A program made the position numbers and the translations under genes. Positions 9,481 through 20,109 of a DNA stretch of 64,000 nt are shown one piece after another. The notes under the pieces are model-generated. The model made no database searches. It worked only from the letters and a program-made list of their open reading frames with translations, and was not told the DNA's origin. The stretch lies in the sequence record MN047793.1; one strand, 5' to 3'. Numbering within the stretch: position 1 is the first letter of the stretch; each line of letters begins with the position of its first letter.

Positions 9481-10113
9481 TCAGCCAATATTAGTTGGTG
9501 TCATTGGTACACCATTATTGTAATTACCACGAATACCAATAATCAAATAATTTGCTAAACCTGGGAGAGCATTACTCGTTCCAGATAATCTATATTGCAT
9601 AGTAACTAGTGCTGTAGAATCTGTACCACAGCTAATTAATGACGGCTTTCCTACTACACCAGCAGGAGATACCATCCATATACAATCATCGTACTCATAA
9701 GCTAGTCCAGTAATCGGACTAACCGGGCGAGGTAGACGCTGCCCATGCATTATACTTCCCCAGTTGGCAGCATAATTTTCTCTGAGAGGTAGTGGTTTCC
9801 ATTCTAGTCCGTCCCAATAATAAGTCATACTACGCGTACTATTAAACCAAAACTGACCAATCGTGGGCTTAGTTAATTGCTGTAATGATGTACGCGAAAT
9901 ATCTGGTACAGATTTCATGAAATCCGCACTCGGCTTTTCTGGACATGCGAAATTTTCTAGAATATTAAGAAGATTGCGATTAACACTCTCTCCATATTCT
10001 GGGGCAATTCGCCCCGCTAAAGTAACGTCAAGGCTTGAATCATCAAATTCTTGTTCGTTAACAGTGATAGATTGGATATTTCTATCCGTATGTTTGATGT
10101 TATATTCGGCCAT
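9481..10113 (-). CDS. Fibre-like paralog 2: conserved N-module only
   Basis: Same N-module motifs; ends right after GIRGNYNNG with no linker or tip. Confidence 0.65.
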   Translation of the reverse strand: MAEYNIKHTDRNIQSITVNEQEFDDSSLDVTLAGRIAPEYGESVNRNLLNILENFACPEKPSADFMKSVPDISRTSLQQLTKPTIGQFWFNSTRSMTYYWDGLEWKPLPLRENYAANWGSIMHGQRLPRPVSPITGLAYEYDDCIWMVSPAGVVGKPSLISCGTDSTALVTMQYRLSGTSNALPGLANYLIIGIRGNYNNGVPMTPTNIG

Positions 10114-10131
10114 AGTGATATTTATTCCCTA

Positions 10132-11424
10132 TTAAACGGGGGTTCCCGCCTGACCGTACAAGGAAATAGTTCCAGTAACAATCTGTGATGAATCATTCTT
10201 TCTACGAATCTGGAAATTTACATACATGTTCACAACGTCGCGAGTACTTGCAATCGACCATGACAAACCATTGCCTCCCATGTCATACCATACGGCACCG
10301 TTACCCGGTGTGTTAGGTCCTGCTGGAGTACTAAATGATGAGCTTGCAGGAAATTGAGCATCGAAGCTTGATACGAATGCCAATTCGAATTCGGATGGAC
10401 TTCCGCTGAGAAGCCATTGGGTTTTAGATAGCGATCCTCCGCGATTTTGTGAGTAACCTACCGTTCCGTTATTTCTAAATCCAACAGCTGCGCCAACTTG
10501 TGCGCCAGTGTTTACCTGTGACGCAGCAGAGTATTCACCACCTACAATGATATTAGATAGTGGCGGCTTGGGCGTCGGTGTAGGACTGGCGGGTGGGGTA
10601 CTCGATGGTGCTGGTGTATTGGATGGCACTGGAGTATTGGATGGCACTGGAGTATTGGATACTACCGGCGTTGGTGACATCGTTGAGGTTGGCGTCGGAG
10701 TTGGTGCTGCTGCCGCAGAACGTGTAATAGATGGTGTGACTGATAACGTTGGAGTAGGCGTTACCGTCGCCGTCATCGTAGGAGTAACGGTAGGAGTAGG
10801 TGATGGTGCCGGTACTGCTGGATATGGACCACTTACGGCATTGCCACCAATACCGATGATTAAGTAGTTTGCGGTACCATTATGGAATTCCGTTCCACCA
10901 GAATACCGATATCTAATCGTAACCGTAGCATTATCATCTGTAGTACAGTTTAAGAAACCTACTTTTCCTAGAATAATCGATGGGGCTACCGACCAAATAC
11001 ATTCATCGTAATCGAACACTCTACCTGTGATCGGACTAACTGGTTTCGGAATTTGTTGTCCATGAATTACCTGTCCCCAGTTGGCAGCATATGCTTCACG
11101 GGATGGTAATTGAATCCACTCAGTACCTGACCAGTGGAACATATTACCTCGTGAAGTATTGTACCAAAATTGCCCAACCGTTGGGTTAGTTAACTGACTT
11201 TTACTTGTTACAGAAAGATCAGGAGAAATTGGATTACTTTGACTAAGTTCCGGACATGCGAAATTCTCAAGGATATTTAATAAGTCCTCGTTTAGAATTT
11301 CACCGTATTCGCGCCTAATCTTCCCTAACAATGTAACATCTAGGTCAGTATCGTTTACACGTTTACCCGGAACAGTAATTGGTGGGAAGCTACTATCAGT
11401 CTTGTTTACAATATAATCGGCCAT
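10132..11424 (-). CDS. Fibre-like paralog 3: N-module, Pro/Thr linker, beta-rich tip
   Basis: Shared N-module; TPVPSN repeats; tip similar to that of 14893..16146. Confidence 0.65.
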   Translation of the reverse strand: MADYIVNKTDSSFPPITVPGKRVNDTDLDVTLLGKIRREYGEILNEDLLNILENFACPELSQSNPISPDLSVTSKSQLTNPTVGQFWYNTSRGNMFHWSGTEWIQLPSREAYAANWGQVIHGQQIPKPVSPITGRVFDYDECIWSVAPSIILGKVGFLNCTTDDNATVTIRYRYSGGTEFHNGTANYLIIGIGGNAVSGPYPAVPAPSPTPTVTPTMTATVTPTPTLSVTPSITRSAAAAPTPTPTSTMSPTPVVSNTPVPSNTPVPSNTPAPSSTPPASPTPTPKPPLSNIIVGGEYSAASQVNTGAQVGAAVGFRNNGTVGYSQNRGGSLSKTQWLLSGSPSEFELAFVSSFDAQFPASSSFSTPAGPNTPGNGAVWYDMGGNGLSWSIASTRDVVNMYVNFQIRRKNDSSQIVTGTISLYGQAGTPV

Positions 11425-11439
11425 ATCAATATTTACCTA

Positions 11440-12732
11440 TTAGCACCGGCCGATACCAGTGTTGAAGCTGTAATTTGCTGATAATGTACCATTTGCTGCA
11501 TTATTATCACCACTACTCTTATACCAATTAGCGTTCACAACCATTACGTGGTTTACGCCATTTAGGTTGAAGTTGAAGTTGAACGTACCTGATGAAGTGT
11601 TACTCACTGATGATGGAATACGAGCGAACAATTCAACGTCGCCAGTCGTCGCACCATTAGATGCTGATACTCTAACCACGAATCGAACCGATGGGAATGT
11701 ATTCGCCATATTCGTAAACACTCGGATAACACTACCACTACATGAGTGAGAATTAGGGCCACCAGCCGCACAATAACATGCAGATGGTGTTCCTACCTGA
11801 CTGCTTCTACGTAGCGGGGTCCATACCAATTGGGTGTCACCATATCCCATACAGAATGTAGATACCGTATAGCAGTATGTAATTGGTGCAGGAGTCGGTG
11901 TTGAACTTGGTACCGGTGTAGGACTTGGTACTGGCGTATTCGAAATCTGCGGTGTTGGTGACGGTACTGGTGTTGGACTGCGAGTTAGTGTAGGGGTAGG
12001 CGTAATAGTTGCCGTAATAGTTGCCGTCACCGTTGGCGTCGGAGATGGTGTTGACGTTTGTGTCGGTGCTGGTGTCGATGAAGGTGATGGGGTTGGGGTT
12101 GGTGACGGCATTAATGGCGGTACTACTACACCATTATTATGATTCCCATCAATACCAATAATCAAGTAGTTTGCGATACCGGGTACAATCATTTCTGTAT
12201 TGGCATAGCGATAATGCATCGTCACTTGGGATGACGCATTAGTATTACAATTCATTAAATCGATTGTGCCGTTAATTGCTGCTGGAGATACTGACCAAAT
12301 ACATTCATTATAGTCAAATACTCTACCTTGAAAGTTAACTGGCTTCGGTAACTGTTGACCATTCATAACTTGGCCCCAGTTAGCAGCATAGGCTCCACGA
12401 TTTGGTATAGGATTCCATCGAGTACCATCATAGTAGTACATCAATTCTCGTGATGAATTATACCAAAATTGCCCTATGGTAGGGTTATTCAGCTGAGTCT
12501 TTGTAACACTTAATAAATCTGGAGTAGCAGTGAAAATACCTGTTGTTGCAGGGTCTTCGGGACAAGAGAAATTTTCAAGCAGATTTAGCAAGTCTTCATT
12601 AACGCCTTCTCCATAATTCTGTAGGATTCTACCAAACAAAGTTACGTCGTATGAGGTCTCATCGACTGTATCTTCAGATACAGTCGTGGTAGGTACGTTG
12701 ATATCAGTGCGTCTAACAATATAATCAGTCAT
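11440..12732 (-). CDS. Fibre-like paralog 4: N-module, Pro/Thr linker, Cys-rich tip
   Basis: Shared N-module; tip begins YCYTVSTFC...[15 protein letters not shown]. Confidence 0.65.
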   Translation of the reverse strand: MTDYIVRRTDINVPTTTVSEDTVDETSYDVTLFGRILQNYGEGVNEDLLNLLENFSCPEDPATTGIFTATPDLLSVTKTQLNNPTIGQFWYNSSRELMYYYDGTRWNPIPNRGAYAANWGQVMNGQQLPKPVNFQGRVFDYNECIWSVSPAAINGTIDLMNCNTNASSQVTMHYRYANTEMIVPGIANYLIIGIDGNHNNGVVVPPLMPSPTPTPSPSSTPAPTQTSTPSPTPTVTATITATITPTPTLTRSPTPVPSPTPQISNTPVPSPTPVPSSTPTPAPITYCYTVSTFCMGYGDTQLVWTPLRRSSQVGTPSACYCAAGGPNSHSCSGSVIRVFTNMANTFPSVRFVVRVSASNGATTGDVELFARIPSSVSNTSSGTFNFNFNLNGVNHVMVVNANWYKSSGDNNAANGTLSANYSFNTGIGRC

Positions 12733-12739
12733 ATACTAA

Positions 12740-14860
12740 TTAGGTTCCTGAAGGTGTTGGTGTCACCGACGTAGTTCTAGTCACTGATGGTGTTGGTGTT
12801 ACTGGAGTACTTTTCGTCACGGACGGTGTTGGTGTCGGTGTTGGTGTCACCGGAATATTAGGTACAATGAATGCTACTTCCACTGATTCGCGGTTAGCTG
12901 GAAGAGTCTGCACGGTATCACCATTAGTAAACGCGGTACCAGTATAGTTGATGATGGACATTACCGTATTCATTGAATCAGCAACATTCAGAGCTAGAAC
13001 TGTATTATTACGTACGGCAATTGAATTTAATGCGGTAGTAGCAAATCGTCCAATCAGAGATGTAGTAGCTTCAACTACTAACTGTCCGGCATTGATGGTA
13101 ATACAATCAAATGCGGTACGTGTTGGAGCAGCGGTAGGCGGATATGCTATGAATAGCTTTCCTGTCACATTATCAAATGTCATGGTGGCAACTGTATCAG
13201 ACGCAATAGTAGAGTAATCTAATGTGTCTACTAAAGTGAAGCCCACACCATCTTCAAATCTGTATGCAATCAATTCATTATCGCCATTGATTACCGTAAT
13301 GAATTCTGAATCATATGCGGCTACTGAAATTGAGGGTGATGACACACTGAGGGTGTTAGAGTCTGCAACAAATGTGGTTCCATTAAACGTATGAGTGGTG
13401 AATATGTATGTGAATGGGTCCGCTTCGGTATTGTTTACCATCATCACTTTACCATTACCTAATTTATGCACAGAATGAACGTCACGACCATCGTATTTGA
13501 TGTTGGCTACCTCATTAAATGTGCTACCAGTAAATGTAAACGCACTCAGTTTAGTTTCGATGTTACTTACAGCGGTAGTGGTATTAATTGAGGCAACATA
13601 GATGAAATTGTCGTCCACTGTCAATTCACGTGAACGATATTCACTGCTGGAACCATCAATAGCATTGATGTTATATACGCCAGACCCCAAGTTTACGCCG
13701 AATGCAAATAAGCTGTTTTCTGTAGTAGAAACATAATATTGTCCAAACATCTTACCTACTTTCGGTTGAATTGGAGCAACCTGATAGTATGCAGGATTAT
13801 ACATGGATGTTGATGTATAAGATTGGTTGAATAATTTTGTTGTCCCTAACTTACGAACATAGTACGCTTCGTCGCCATAATCCGGGTTTAGCGGACGCAG
13901 TGCTACCGCAAAAATATCACCGTTATTTGGCACTAACGATGGGGTTACCGTTATGCTAGGCGTTGGAGTAAATGTAGTTGTAGGAGTAGGCGTAGGTGTT
14001 GTCGTTGATGTTGGGGTTAATGTCATCGACGCAGTTACTGTTGGCCCTGGGGTTCCTGTTGGTGATGGAGTCGGTGAAGCTTCACGTGTTGGTGATGGTG
14101 TAATAGTACGGGTCACTGTCGGCGTAGGCGTAACAGTAAATGTTGGGGTGATCGTTGGGGTGATCGTTGGGGTCGCAGAACGTGTTGGTGTTGGTGTTGC
14201 TGTAGCTACTGGAGTAGATGTTGGGGCCGCTCCTGATTGGCATCCGATGGTGCCACGATTTTCGTTATCACGAATACCGATAATTTGATAGTTAGCAAAA
14301 CCATTATTCAATGCAGTCTGGCCTTCAAATCGGAATTGCATTGTTACACGTGCAATAGGGTCACTAAAGCAATGAACAAAGTCTACTTCCTGGGGCAGGT
14401 TGAATGGCGATACGGTCCATGCACATTCATCAAGTGAAAAATTATATCCATCAGATGAAATTGGCATTGGAATAAATTGTCCATGGCCGATAACTCCAGA
14501 ATTACCAGCAACATCATTTACCGTACTAAGAGCACGCCATGTACCAAGGGATGTACGCACGAATGGTTTGTTCTGTGTACTGTTGTACCAAATCTGTCCT
14601 GTAGTAGGATTTTCTAATAAGTTACCAAATGCAGTGTTTAAGTTTGGAGTTCCTGGGTTACCCGGTTCTTCTGGGCACGCATAATGCTCAAGAACATGTA
14701 GAATGTTCTCGTTAAAGATTTCACCATACTCCAATCGGGTCTTACCAATAAGAGCAATGTCTAATTGGTCAGTAATTAATGCCGATTTCTGGATTTGGAT
14801 AGTTCCTTTGTCCAGATTGGTGTAATAGATCACGTAACTATTGTCTGCGCAGTTTGCCAT
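12740..14860 (-). CDS. Fibre-like paralog 5: N-module, Pro/Thr linker, large beta-rich (propeller-like) domain, terminal Pro/Thr tail
   Basis: Shared N-module; about 350-aa beta-strand-rich domain; GATAAATA at 14882..14889. Confidence 0.6.
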   Translation of the reverse strand: MANCADNSYVIYYTNLDKGTIQIQKSALITDQLDIALIGKTRLEYGEIFNENILHVLEHYACPEEPGNPGTPNLNTAFGNLLENPTTGQIWYNSTQNKPFVRTSLGTWRALSTVNDVAGNSGVIGHGQFIPMPISSDGYNFSLDECAWTVSPFNLPQEVDFVHCFSDPIARVTMQFRFEGQTALNNGFANYQIIGIRDNENRGTIGCQSGAAPTSTPVATATPTPTRSATPTITPTITPTFTVTPTPTVTRTITPSPTREASPTPSPTGTPGPTVTASMTLTPTSTTTPTPTPTTTFTPTPSITVTPSLVPNNGDIFAVALRPLNPDYGDEAYYVRKLGTTKLFNQSYTSTSMYNPAYYQVAPIQPKVGKMFGQYYVSTTENSLFAFGVNLGSGVYNINAIDGSSSEYRSRELTVDDNFIYVASINTTTAVSNIETKLSAFTFTGSTFNEVANIKYDGRDVHSVHKLGNGKVMMVNNTEADPFTYIFTTHTFNGTTFVADSNTLSVSSPSISVAAYDSEFITVINGDNELIAYRFEDGVGFTLVDTLDYSTIASDTVATMTFDNVTGKLFIAYPPTAAPTRTAFDCITINAGQLVVEATTSLIGRFATTALNSIAVRNNTVLALNVADSMNTVMSIINYTGTAFTNGDTVQTLPANRESVEVAFIVPNIPVTPTPTPTPSVTKSTPVTPTPSVTRTTSVTPTPSGT

Positions 14861-14892
14861 TTTAAATTCCGAATATCGTCTTATTTATCCCG

Positions 14893-16146
14893 TTACTGAA
14901 CGGTTACTTGTAACACAATCACACCGTTACCCATAACGAAATTATCCGCGTCGCGTCGCACTTGTACATTAAGGGTTAATGTATACGTTCCTGGGGACGT
15001 TGAAGAGTTTTGAATCTCCCACGTTCTATTGATTGAACAATTTAGCCATGTATCCAAAAACCCTGTAGGAGTTACATTACCTGATACGCGGGTCGCTCTA
15101 ACTGAATAATTTGCCGGGTCATCATTGATCAACCATCGGGTAGGAATGTTAAACCCATTCGAATCGTATACTACCACAAGCTGAGTATTTAAAATAGAAT
15201 ATCCTACCTTGAGAGTAGACCCTACCCCCGTGGTACGTGCCACAGTTTGATTACTTAAATCAACTGTAATAGGTGCTGGACGACTTGGTGTAATGGTTGG
15301 GGTGATCGTTGGTGTTGGGGTCGGTGTCGGTGTTACTGATCGGGTCTGTGACGGCACAGGTGTCCCACTACGGGTTACCGTTGGTGTTGGTGTGGCACTA
15401 CGGGTCTGTCCGGGTGTCCTCGTTAGTGTGGGTGTTGGGGACCCTGTAACCGATGGCGTCTTTGTTGGGGTCAACGTTGGAGTAAACGTAGGCGTTGGGG
15501 TTAATCCCGGAATATTTGGGGTCGGGAACGGAACGCCATGATTACGGGTGTCTCTAATTCCAATAATCTGATAATTGGCTAAGCCGTTAAAGAGTGTTGG
15601 ACTTCCAGCACGTCTATATTGAGTGAATACCCTAGCATTAGAATCGGTATAACATGAAAGAAATATAATGCGTTGAGGTTCGGCAAATCCGAATGGGGAA
15701 ACTACCCACGAACATTCAGAATATGGGTACACGTAACCGTCAATAGAACTTACTGGTCGTGGTAATTGTTGACCGTGAGCAATAACACCAGAATTCCCAG
15801 CTACTGTGTCATTCTGTGCAAGAGCCATCCATACAGCACCATTCCATGCATGTGGAGTGTTCGTAGTTTTATTATACCAAATCTGACCTACCGTCGGCTT
15901 AGACAATTGTGGTACATACACTTGGGACAAATCTGGAGTATTAGGCTTATCTGCGTCTTCTCGTGCAGCAAAGTGCTCAAGCAGATGAACGATGTTAGTA
16001 TTGAATACTTCACCATACTCCAGGCGGTTTTTACCAATAAACACGATATCACCGGCAGTGGTAACTACCGATGACCGGGGCACGACGATTGGGGTTTTAT
16101 CTTCGTCTGTGTAATAAACTTGGTAGCGAAAGCTCGGATTACTCAT
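14893..16146 (-). CDS. Fibre-like paralog 6: N-module, Pro/Thr linker, beta-rich tip
   Basis: Shared N-module; tip WLINDDPANYSVRATRVSG...VQVRRDAD. Confidence 0.65.
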   Translation of the reverse strand: MSNPSFRYQVYYTDEDKTPIVVPRSSVVTTAGDIVFIGKNRLEYGEVFNTNIVHLLEHFAAREDADKPNTPDLSQVYVPQLSKPTVGQIWYNKTTNTPHAWNGAVWMALAQNDTVAGNSGVIAHGQQLPRPVSSIDGYVYPYSECSWVVSPFGFAEPQRIIFLSCYTDSNARVFTQYRRAGSPTLFNGLANYQIIGIRDTRNHGVPFPTPNIPGLTPTPTFTPTLTPTKTPSVTGSPTPTLTRTPGQTRSATPTPTVTRSGTPVPSQTRSVTPTPTPTPTITPTITPSRPAPITVDLSNQTVARTTGVGSTLKVGYSILNTQLVVVYDSNGFNIPTRWLINDDPANYSVRATRVSGNVTPTGFLDTWLNCSINRTWEIQNSSTSPGTYTLTLNVQVRRDADNFVMGNGVIVLQVTVQ

Positions 16147-16172
16147 TAAATATTAGGTCTTTAAGATTCTAA

Positions 16173-16180
16173 TATTTATA
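16173..16180 (-). promoter_or_regulatory. Late promoter TATAAATA at the head of the fibre array
   Basis: Exact consensus 27 nt upstream of ATG 16146. Confidence 0.75.
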
Positions 16181-16183
16181 CAG

Positions 16184-16873
16184 CTAGATTTTTAATTCAC
16201 TAACGATCTTTCGCATCGTATTTAATGACTTAGGGTCCTTCTTAAAGTTTTCTGCCCACGTATTGTGATCGATTACCGTTCCGATCAAAATTTTTTGTTC
16301 AGGAGAAGCTTCCGTTCTCATGTGTGAGATGAATCCTTTACTAATAAGCAGAATCCATGGACTTAACTTTCTAGCTACTACTAGTCTCATTATATCCGAC
16401 GACTCCATATGCTCAAACACTTCATCCAATTCACATTCGAAATGGTTGGATAAATCATACATGGTATCGATAGTTATTGATGCCATCTCTATGGGCGTCT
16501 TACTTGCATCAAAATGATGTAGATAGTCCGTGTAGATATCCATACTCGTCCACTGGGTTGGCATTATACCTTTATCAATCATAAACATAATGTAATGCTT
16601 ACGATCTGGGATACCTACTCGACTACAGAATTTACAAAATTCTACGAATGCATTGAAGTATTTGGACTCCATGAATACGTCCTGGCCTTTAACTGCACGT
16701 CCCTGAGCATTCATCCATGCTTTATAACAGTAGTATGCAGACTTACCTTTATTAGTCTGCATATATTCGTGACGTGTTTTTGCCTCACATTTATGCTTAT
16801 CCAGCCTTACCTGAGTGGTGAGCTTTTTGCAGCAATGTGGACATTCAAAGAAAGGTTTAACGTGTCCCGTCAT
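16184..16873 (-). CDS. Hypothetical protein with N-terminal C2H2/C2HC-type zinc finger
   Basis: FECPHCCKKLTTQVRLDKHKC. Confidence 0.65.
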   Translation of the reverse strand: MTGHVKPFFECPHCCKKLTTQVRLDKHKCEAKTRHEYMQTNKGKSAYYCYKAWMNAQGRAVKGQDVFMESKYFNAFVEFCKFCSRVGIPDRKHYIMFMIDKGIMPTQWTSMDIYTDYLHHFDASKTPIEMASITIDTMYDLSNHFECELDEVFEHMESSDIMRLVVARKLSPWILLISKGFISHMRTEASPEQKILIGTVIDHNTWAENFKKDPKSLNTMRKIVSELKI

Positions 16874-17322
16874 TTTAGTTCAGTTTTTATCTTTTTGATT
16901 TGCTCTTTATCATACCCAAGGTCTTCTGCCATGTCTAGAACATCTTCCAATGTCAACCGTGGCAGATATCCAATAGCCTCAGACTTACTAATATCATAAT
17001 ACTGTGCTATAGCGCTAACTGATACGGCAGCTTTTTTATCTTTACCCTTTTTCTTGATCCAAGAATAACGTTTAGATTTGCTGTCAGAGCATGCCGTCAG
17101 AAGTAGGTACATTAGTTTTGGGTGCTTATGCAACTTAAAGACCAAGGGGTTCACAATACTATTGATCAATTGCAACTGCTTTGGGCTTCCACTAGAAGCC
17201 CATCGCATGGTAAGTAGAGGAACAAACCCTTTTTGCTGTTCCAACGAAAGATTCTCGATAAAGGAGAAATTACCCTTATCCATTTCCTTCAACGTCTCAA
17301 AAATGTCTAATTTCTCGCTCAT
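16870..17322 (-). CDS. gp62: Clamp loader small subunit (gp62-like)
   Basis: Position two genes after gp44; F.PLLTMRWAS, HPKLMY, YSWIKKK, IAQYYDISKSEA pattern. Confidence 0.65.
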   Translation of the reverse strand: MSEKLDIFETLKEMDKGNFSFIENLSLEQQKGFVPLLTMRWASSGSPKQLQLINSIVNPLVFKLHKHPKLMYLLLTACSDSKSKRYSWIKKKGKDKKAAVSVSAIAQYYDISKSEAIGYLPRLTLEDVLDMAEDLGYDKEQIKKIKTELK

Positions 17323-17633
17323 CGTTCTTTAGGAATTGATAGTTTAGCATTACAGAACTTGCAGGATATATGAGTTCCATTATGAATCAATGAATTCTTC
17401 GGATGAATACATTCTTTCACCATGGCCTGTCGCATCACAAACACCTTATCTAGAATTTCCTGACGGGCATATTGAAGAGCAATAATCTGCTCTTCTAGTG
17501 GACTCATTTCTTGAACCACTTGCTCGATCTTCTTCTGCCGTCTACTCCAAGACAACTTCTCATTCTTGTCTGTGAAGTTAGCAACATTCTTAAGATCGCG
17601 TTCAATTTGTTCCGGCGTCAATGGTGTACTCAT
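17319..17633 (-). CDS. Hypothetical coiled-coil protein with C-terminal zinc-binding motif
   Basis: CIHP...CKFC; translationally coupled on both sides. Confidence 0.6.
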   Translation of the reverse strand: MSTPLTPEQIERDLKNVANFTDKNEKLSWSRRQKKIEQVVQEMSPLEEQIIALQYARQEILDKVFVMRQAMVKECIHPKNSLIHNGTHISCKFCNAKLSIPKER

Positions 17634-18568
17634 TATACATTACCCAGTCGGATAAACATAGCAGCAGCATTAATTTCGGGATCAGCAACTTGAGAATGAC
17701 GGAACAAATGGTCACCGATAATAACCACGCCTTGACTCCACTTATCATGATCGCCCTTAAACTTTCCAAGTTCATGCAAGTTTTCGTAAAGGAAACGATA
17801 TACTTCATCCCATTCATCATCGCTAACAACTGAACTAACTGCCTCACGGATACCTTTATAGTTATCCCCTTCAATCATTTCAACGATCTTAAGTTCAAAG
17901 TCAGCGGATTCATCGTCAGATGCTTCTTCAAATGGCTTCAATCGTCCATCGAAAGAGTTCTTATCGAGAGTTTCTAATACTTTACGGAAATCTGGATAAC
18001 ATGCGTCAACGTATGCTTCAACGTCATCAAGGTTTGCTTTGACCTTTTCTTTAGATAAGACGACTGCTGCACGCTCTAGCATTTGGTCTTTATCCATAGA
18101 CTTATATTCAATAACTTGTGTACGTGAGTCACTAAGCTCAGGAATAAGCTTCTGGGGCTTATTGCACGTTAGTACAAATCTGGCGTTATCGGAATATTCT
18201 TCCATCATAGATTTTAGTGTACCTTGCGCATTCGGGGTTAAACCATCAGCCTCATCCAATAGAACGATTTTGATATCACCCATAGCCATAGTAGAGATGA
18301 AGTTCTTTACCTTAGTGCGTACGGTTTCGATGTTATTATCATCGGATGCGTTTAATTTTAAGAAATCTACATCATCAACTTCAAGAAGTGATTTGAGTAG
18401 TAATGCAAGGGATGTTTTACCTGTACCGCGATGTCCCTTTAGAAGAACATTAGGGATACTTTTGTCCTCGACCCAGCGTTCGATCAGTTGGCGGTGTGCT
18501 TCATCCTTAAAAATATACTCATCTAGAGTTTTTGGACGATATTTGATGGACCATAGTTGTTTTGCCAT
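17633..18568 (-). CDS. gp44: Clamp loader large subunit (gp44/RFC-type AAA+ ATPase)
   Basis: KYRPKTL, GHRGTGKTS, LNASDD, LLDEADGL, FVLTCN. Confidence 0.92.
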   Translation of the reverse strand: MAKQLWSIKYRPKTLDEYIFKDEAHRQLIERWVEDKSIPNVLLKGHRGTGKTSLALLLKSLLEVDDVDFLKLNASDDNNIETVRTKVKNFISTMAMGDIKIVLLDEADGLTPNAQGTLKSMMEEYSDNARFVLTCNKPQKLIPELSDSRTQVIEYKSMDKDQMLERAAVVLSKEKVKANLDDVEAYVDACYPDFRKVLETLDKNSFDGRLKPFEEASDDESADFELKIVEMIEGDNYKGIREAVSSVVSDDEWDEVYRFLYENLHELGKFKGDHDKWSQGVVIIGDHLFRHSQVADPEINAAAMFIRLGNV

Positions 18569-18586
18569 TTAAAATAATACCTCAAT

Positions 18587-18624
18587 GTATTGGGGTATTA
18601 TACATAAGATTTCGACAAAATCAA
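18587..18624 (-). promoter_or_regulatory. Possible sigma70-type promoter for the clamp loader operon
   Basis: TTGATT-N16-TATAAT on the minus strand, GAGG SD downstream. Confidence 0.45.
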
Positions 18625-19430
18625 GCCTCGGGAGTATCCTCAGTCTTTGAATGAGCTACTTTCTTTTCAATGTAGCTTCTTAAAGAATCCATATCCACCT
18701 TTTGCTTCTTTTCTTCCATTTCGAATAAGGCCTTCTCTGCCGCCTTTTCTTCCTTTCTGATACGAATAGCAATATTAGTGGCAATTGTCAAGGCAATTGC
18801 AAGAGGATCAAATACTGATATTAAAATTATAATGAACCAGAATACGGCAGTGTTAGGGTTCTTACCCATTACTTCTGCAATAAACATGATCGGTCCAACC
18901 TTAGCTTTTACGTTAACTTGTTGAGTTTTTAATGTCTGTAACTCTGGAGTGATTTCAGCTAATCGCGAGTCTATAACCTTACGTTCTTCCGCAAAGCTCT
19001 TTACCAGACGTTCCTTTGCTCTAACATAGTTCGGACCAACATCAGCAATTTGTTTATCTATTTGAACTTTACGCTCTTGTAATTGCTTAGTTTCCGCGTC
19101 ATACAATTCTATCTTTTGCTGCATTTCGGCTAATGGTATAGTGTCTTTTTGGTATGCTGCACTAAGGAATCCGAAGATTCCCATTGACGTAATTATCATT
19201 AGTACGAATATGGCTGATATCAAATACAGCTTTAGTGTCATACCAATACTCTTAGCATAACGATATAAAAACGATGTTGCTACTAGCTTACCTGCTTCCA
19301 GTGACGCACCCATAATGATTACTGGAATTAATGCTCCCGTAAACAAATGCGCCAATCCATATACCGAAAAGAAAGCTGCTGACGCGGCAATAGCCAACGT
19401 CACCAGTACTAGTACAACAATAAAAGCCAT
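18621..19430 (-). CDS. Multi-pass membrane protein with coiled-coil loop
   Basis: Three N-terminal hydrophobic helices, coiled coil, fourth helix AVFWFIIILISVFDP. Confidence 0.7.
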   Translation of the reverse strand: MAFIVVLVLVTLAIAASAAFFSVYGLAHLFTGALIPVIIMGASLEAGKLVATSFLYRYAKSIGMTLKLYLISAIFVLMIITSMGIFGFLSAAYQKDTIPLAEMQQKIELYDAETKQLQERKVQIDKQIADVGPNYVRAKERLVKSFAEERKVIDSRLAEITPELQTLKTQQVNVKAKVGPIMFIAEVMGKNPNTAVFWFIIILISVFDPLAIALTIATNIAIRIRKEEKAAEKALFEMEEKKQKVDMDSLRSYIEKKVAHSKTEDTPEA

Positions 19431-19741
19431 TACATAATGTCCTTGGGTTTTTCCGAAGTGACTAAAGCTACGTAACTCTCATCAGTACGCCATAGCTTCT
19501 TTCCGTCTACGTCTACTGCCAAAGTCCACTTTAGTGGGTCAATTAAAATGTAGTCACCTACTGCAACTTCTGTCACTTCTGGACCAATCTTAACTGCTCT
19601 GCCCCAACGAGCCTTATTAGCGTCAAAGTCGTTACCGGCTAACGTAAAGCCCCATTCAGTTTCATTACGGAAAAAACCGTCACGAGTAGCTTGACAGAAA
19701 TCAAAGGCAATGCTTTTCTTAAGTAGTGTATATTCGGTCAT
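19430..19741 (-). CDS. GroES-like co-chaperonin (divergent copy)
   Basis: WGRAVKIGPEVTEVAVGDYILI matches the GroES G.V.AVG....V.VGD.V motif. Confidence 0.65.
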   Translation of the reverse strand: MTEYTLLKKSIAFDFCQATRDGFFRNETEWGFTLAGNDFDANKARWGRAVKIGPEVTEVAVGDYILIDPLKWTLAVDVDGKKLWRTDESYVALVTSEKPKDIM

Positions 19742-20079
19742 ACTGTTCCCTTTACAATTCTACGCTTAGGTTGACCCTCTGCAACGATTACAGTTTCAGG
19801 AAGTACTTCATGCGGCTGGGCCTCTTTCTGCATAGCCACATCACTTGCGCGACGGCGACGGTCTTCTTCCATTGCGGCTCGCACAGATGCTTCGTTCGTC
19901 TGCTGTTTAGCTAGAATTTCATCAGCTTTCTTTCGTGAACCACGGCGACGCTTTTTATCAATGAATCGCTCGCGCTGAGTTACAGTGTCTGGGGTTGGTG
20001 CATTCATAATTCTATTCTTGATATCCATTAAATCGAAATCAACAATTTCTCCACGAACGCTTTTTACTTTTCTACTCAT
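19738..20079 (-). CDS. Hypothetical protein
   Basis: 113-aa charged ORF; AATAAATA at 20104..20111. Confidence 0.6.
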   Translation of the reverse strand: MSRKVKSVRGEIVDFDLMDIKNRIMNAPTPDTVTQRERFIDKKRRRGSRKKADEILAKQQTNEASVRAAMEEDRRRRASDVAMQKEAQPHEVLPETVIVAEGQPKRRIVKGTV

Positions 20080-20109
20080 TTGGTTATATTCCTAAACTAG
20101 GGTTATTTA

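Noticed and set aside
8370-15541. Repetitive GGTGTTGG-type DNA that might be a CRISPR or satellite array, and antisense ORFs 10508..10867, 13953..14288, 15293..15541
   Set aside because: Repeats are degenerate at third codon positions and encode Pro/Thr linkers; no constant repeat with unique spacers; antisense VG-rich ORFs are their mirror
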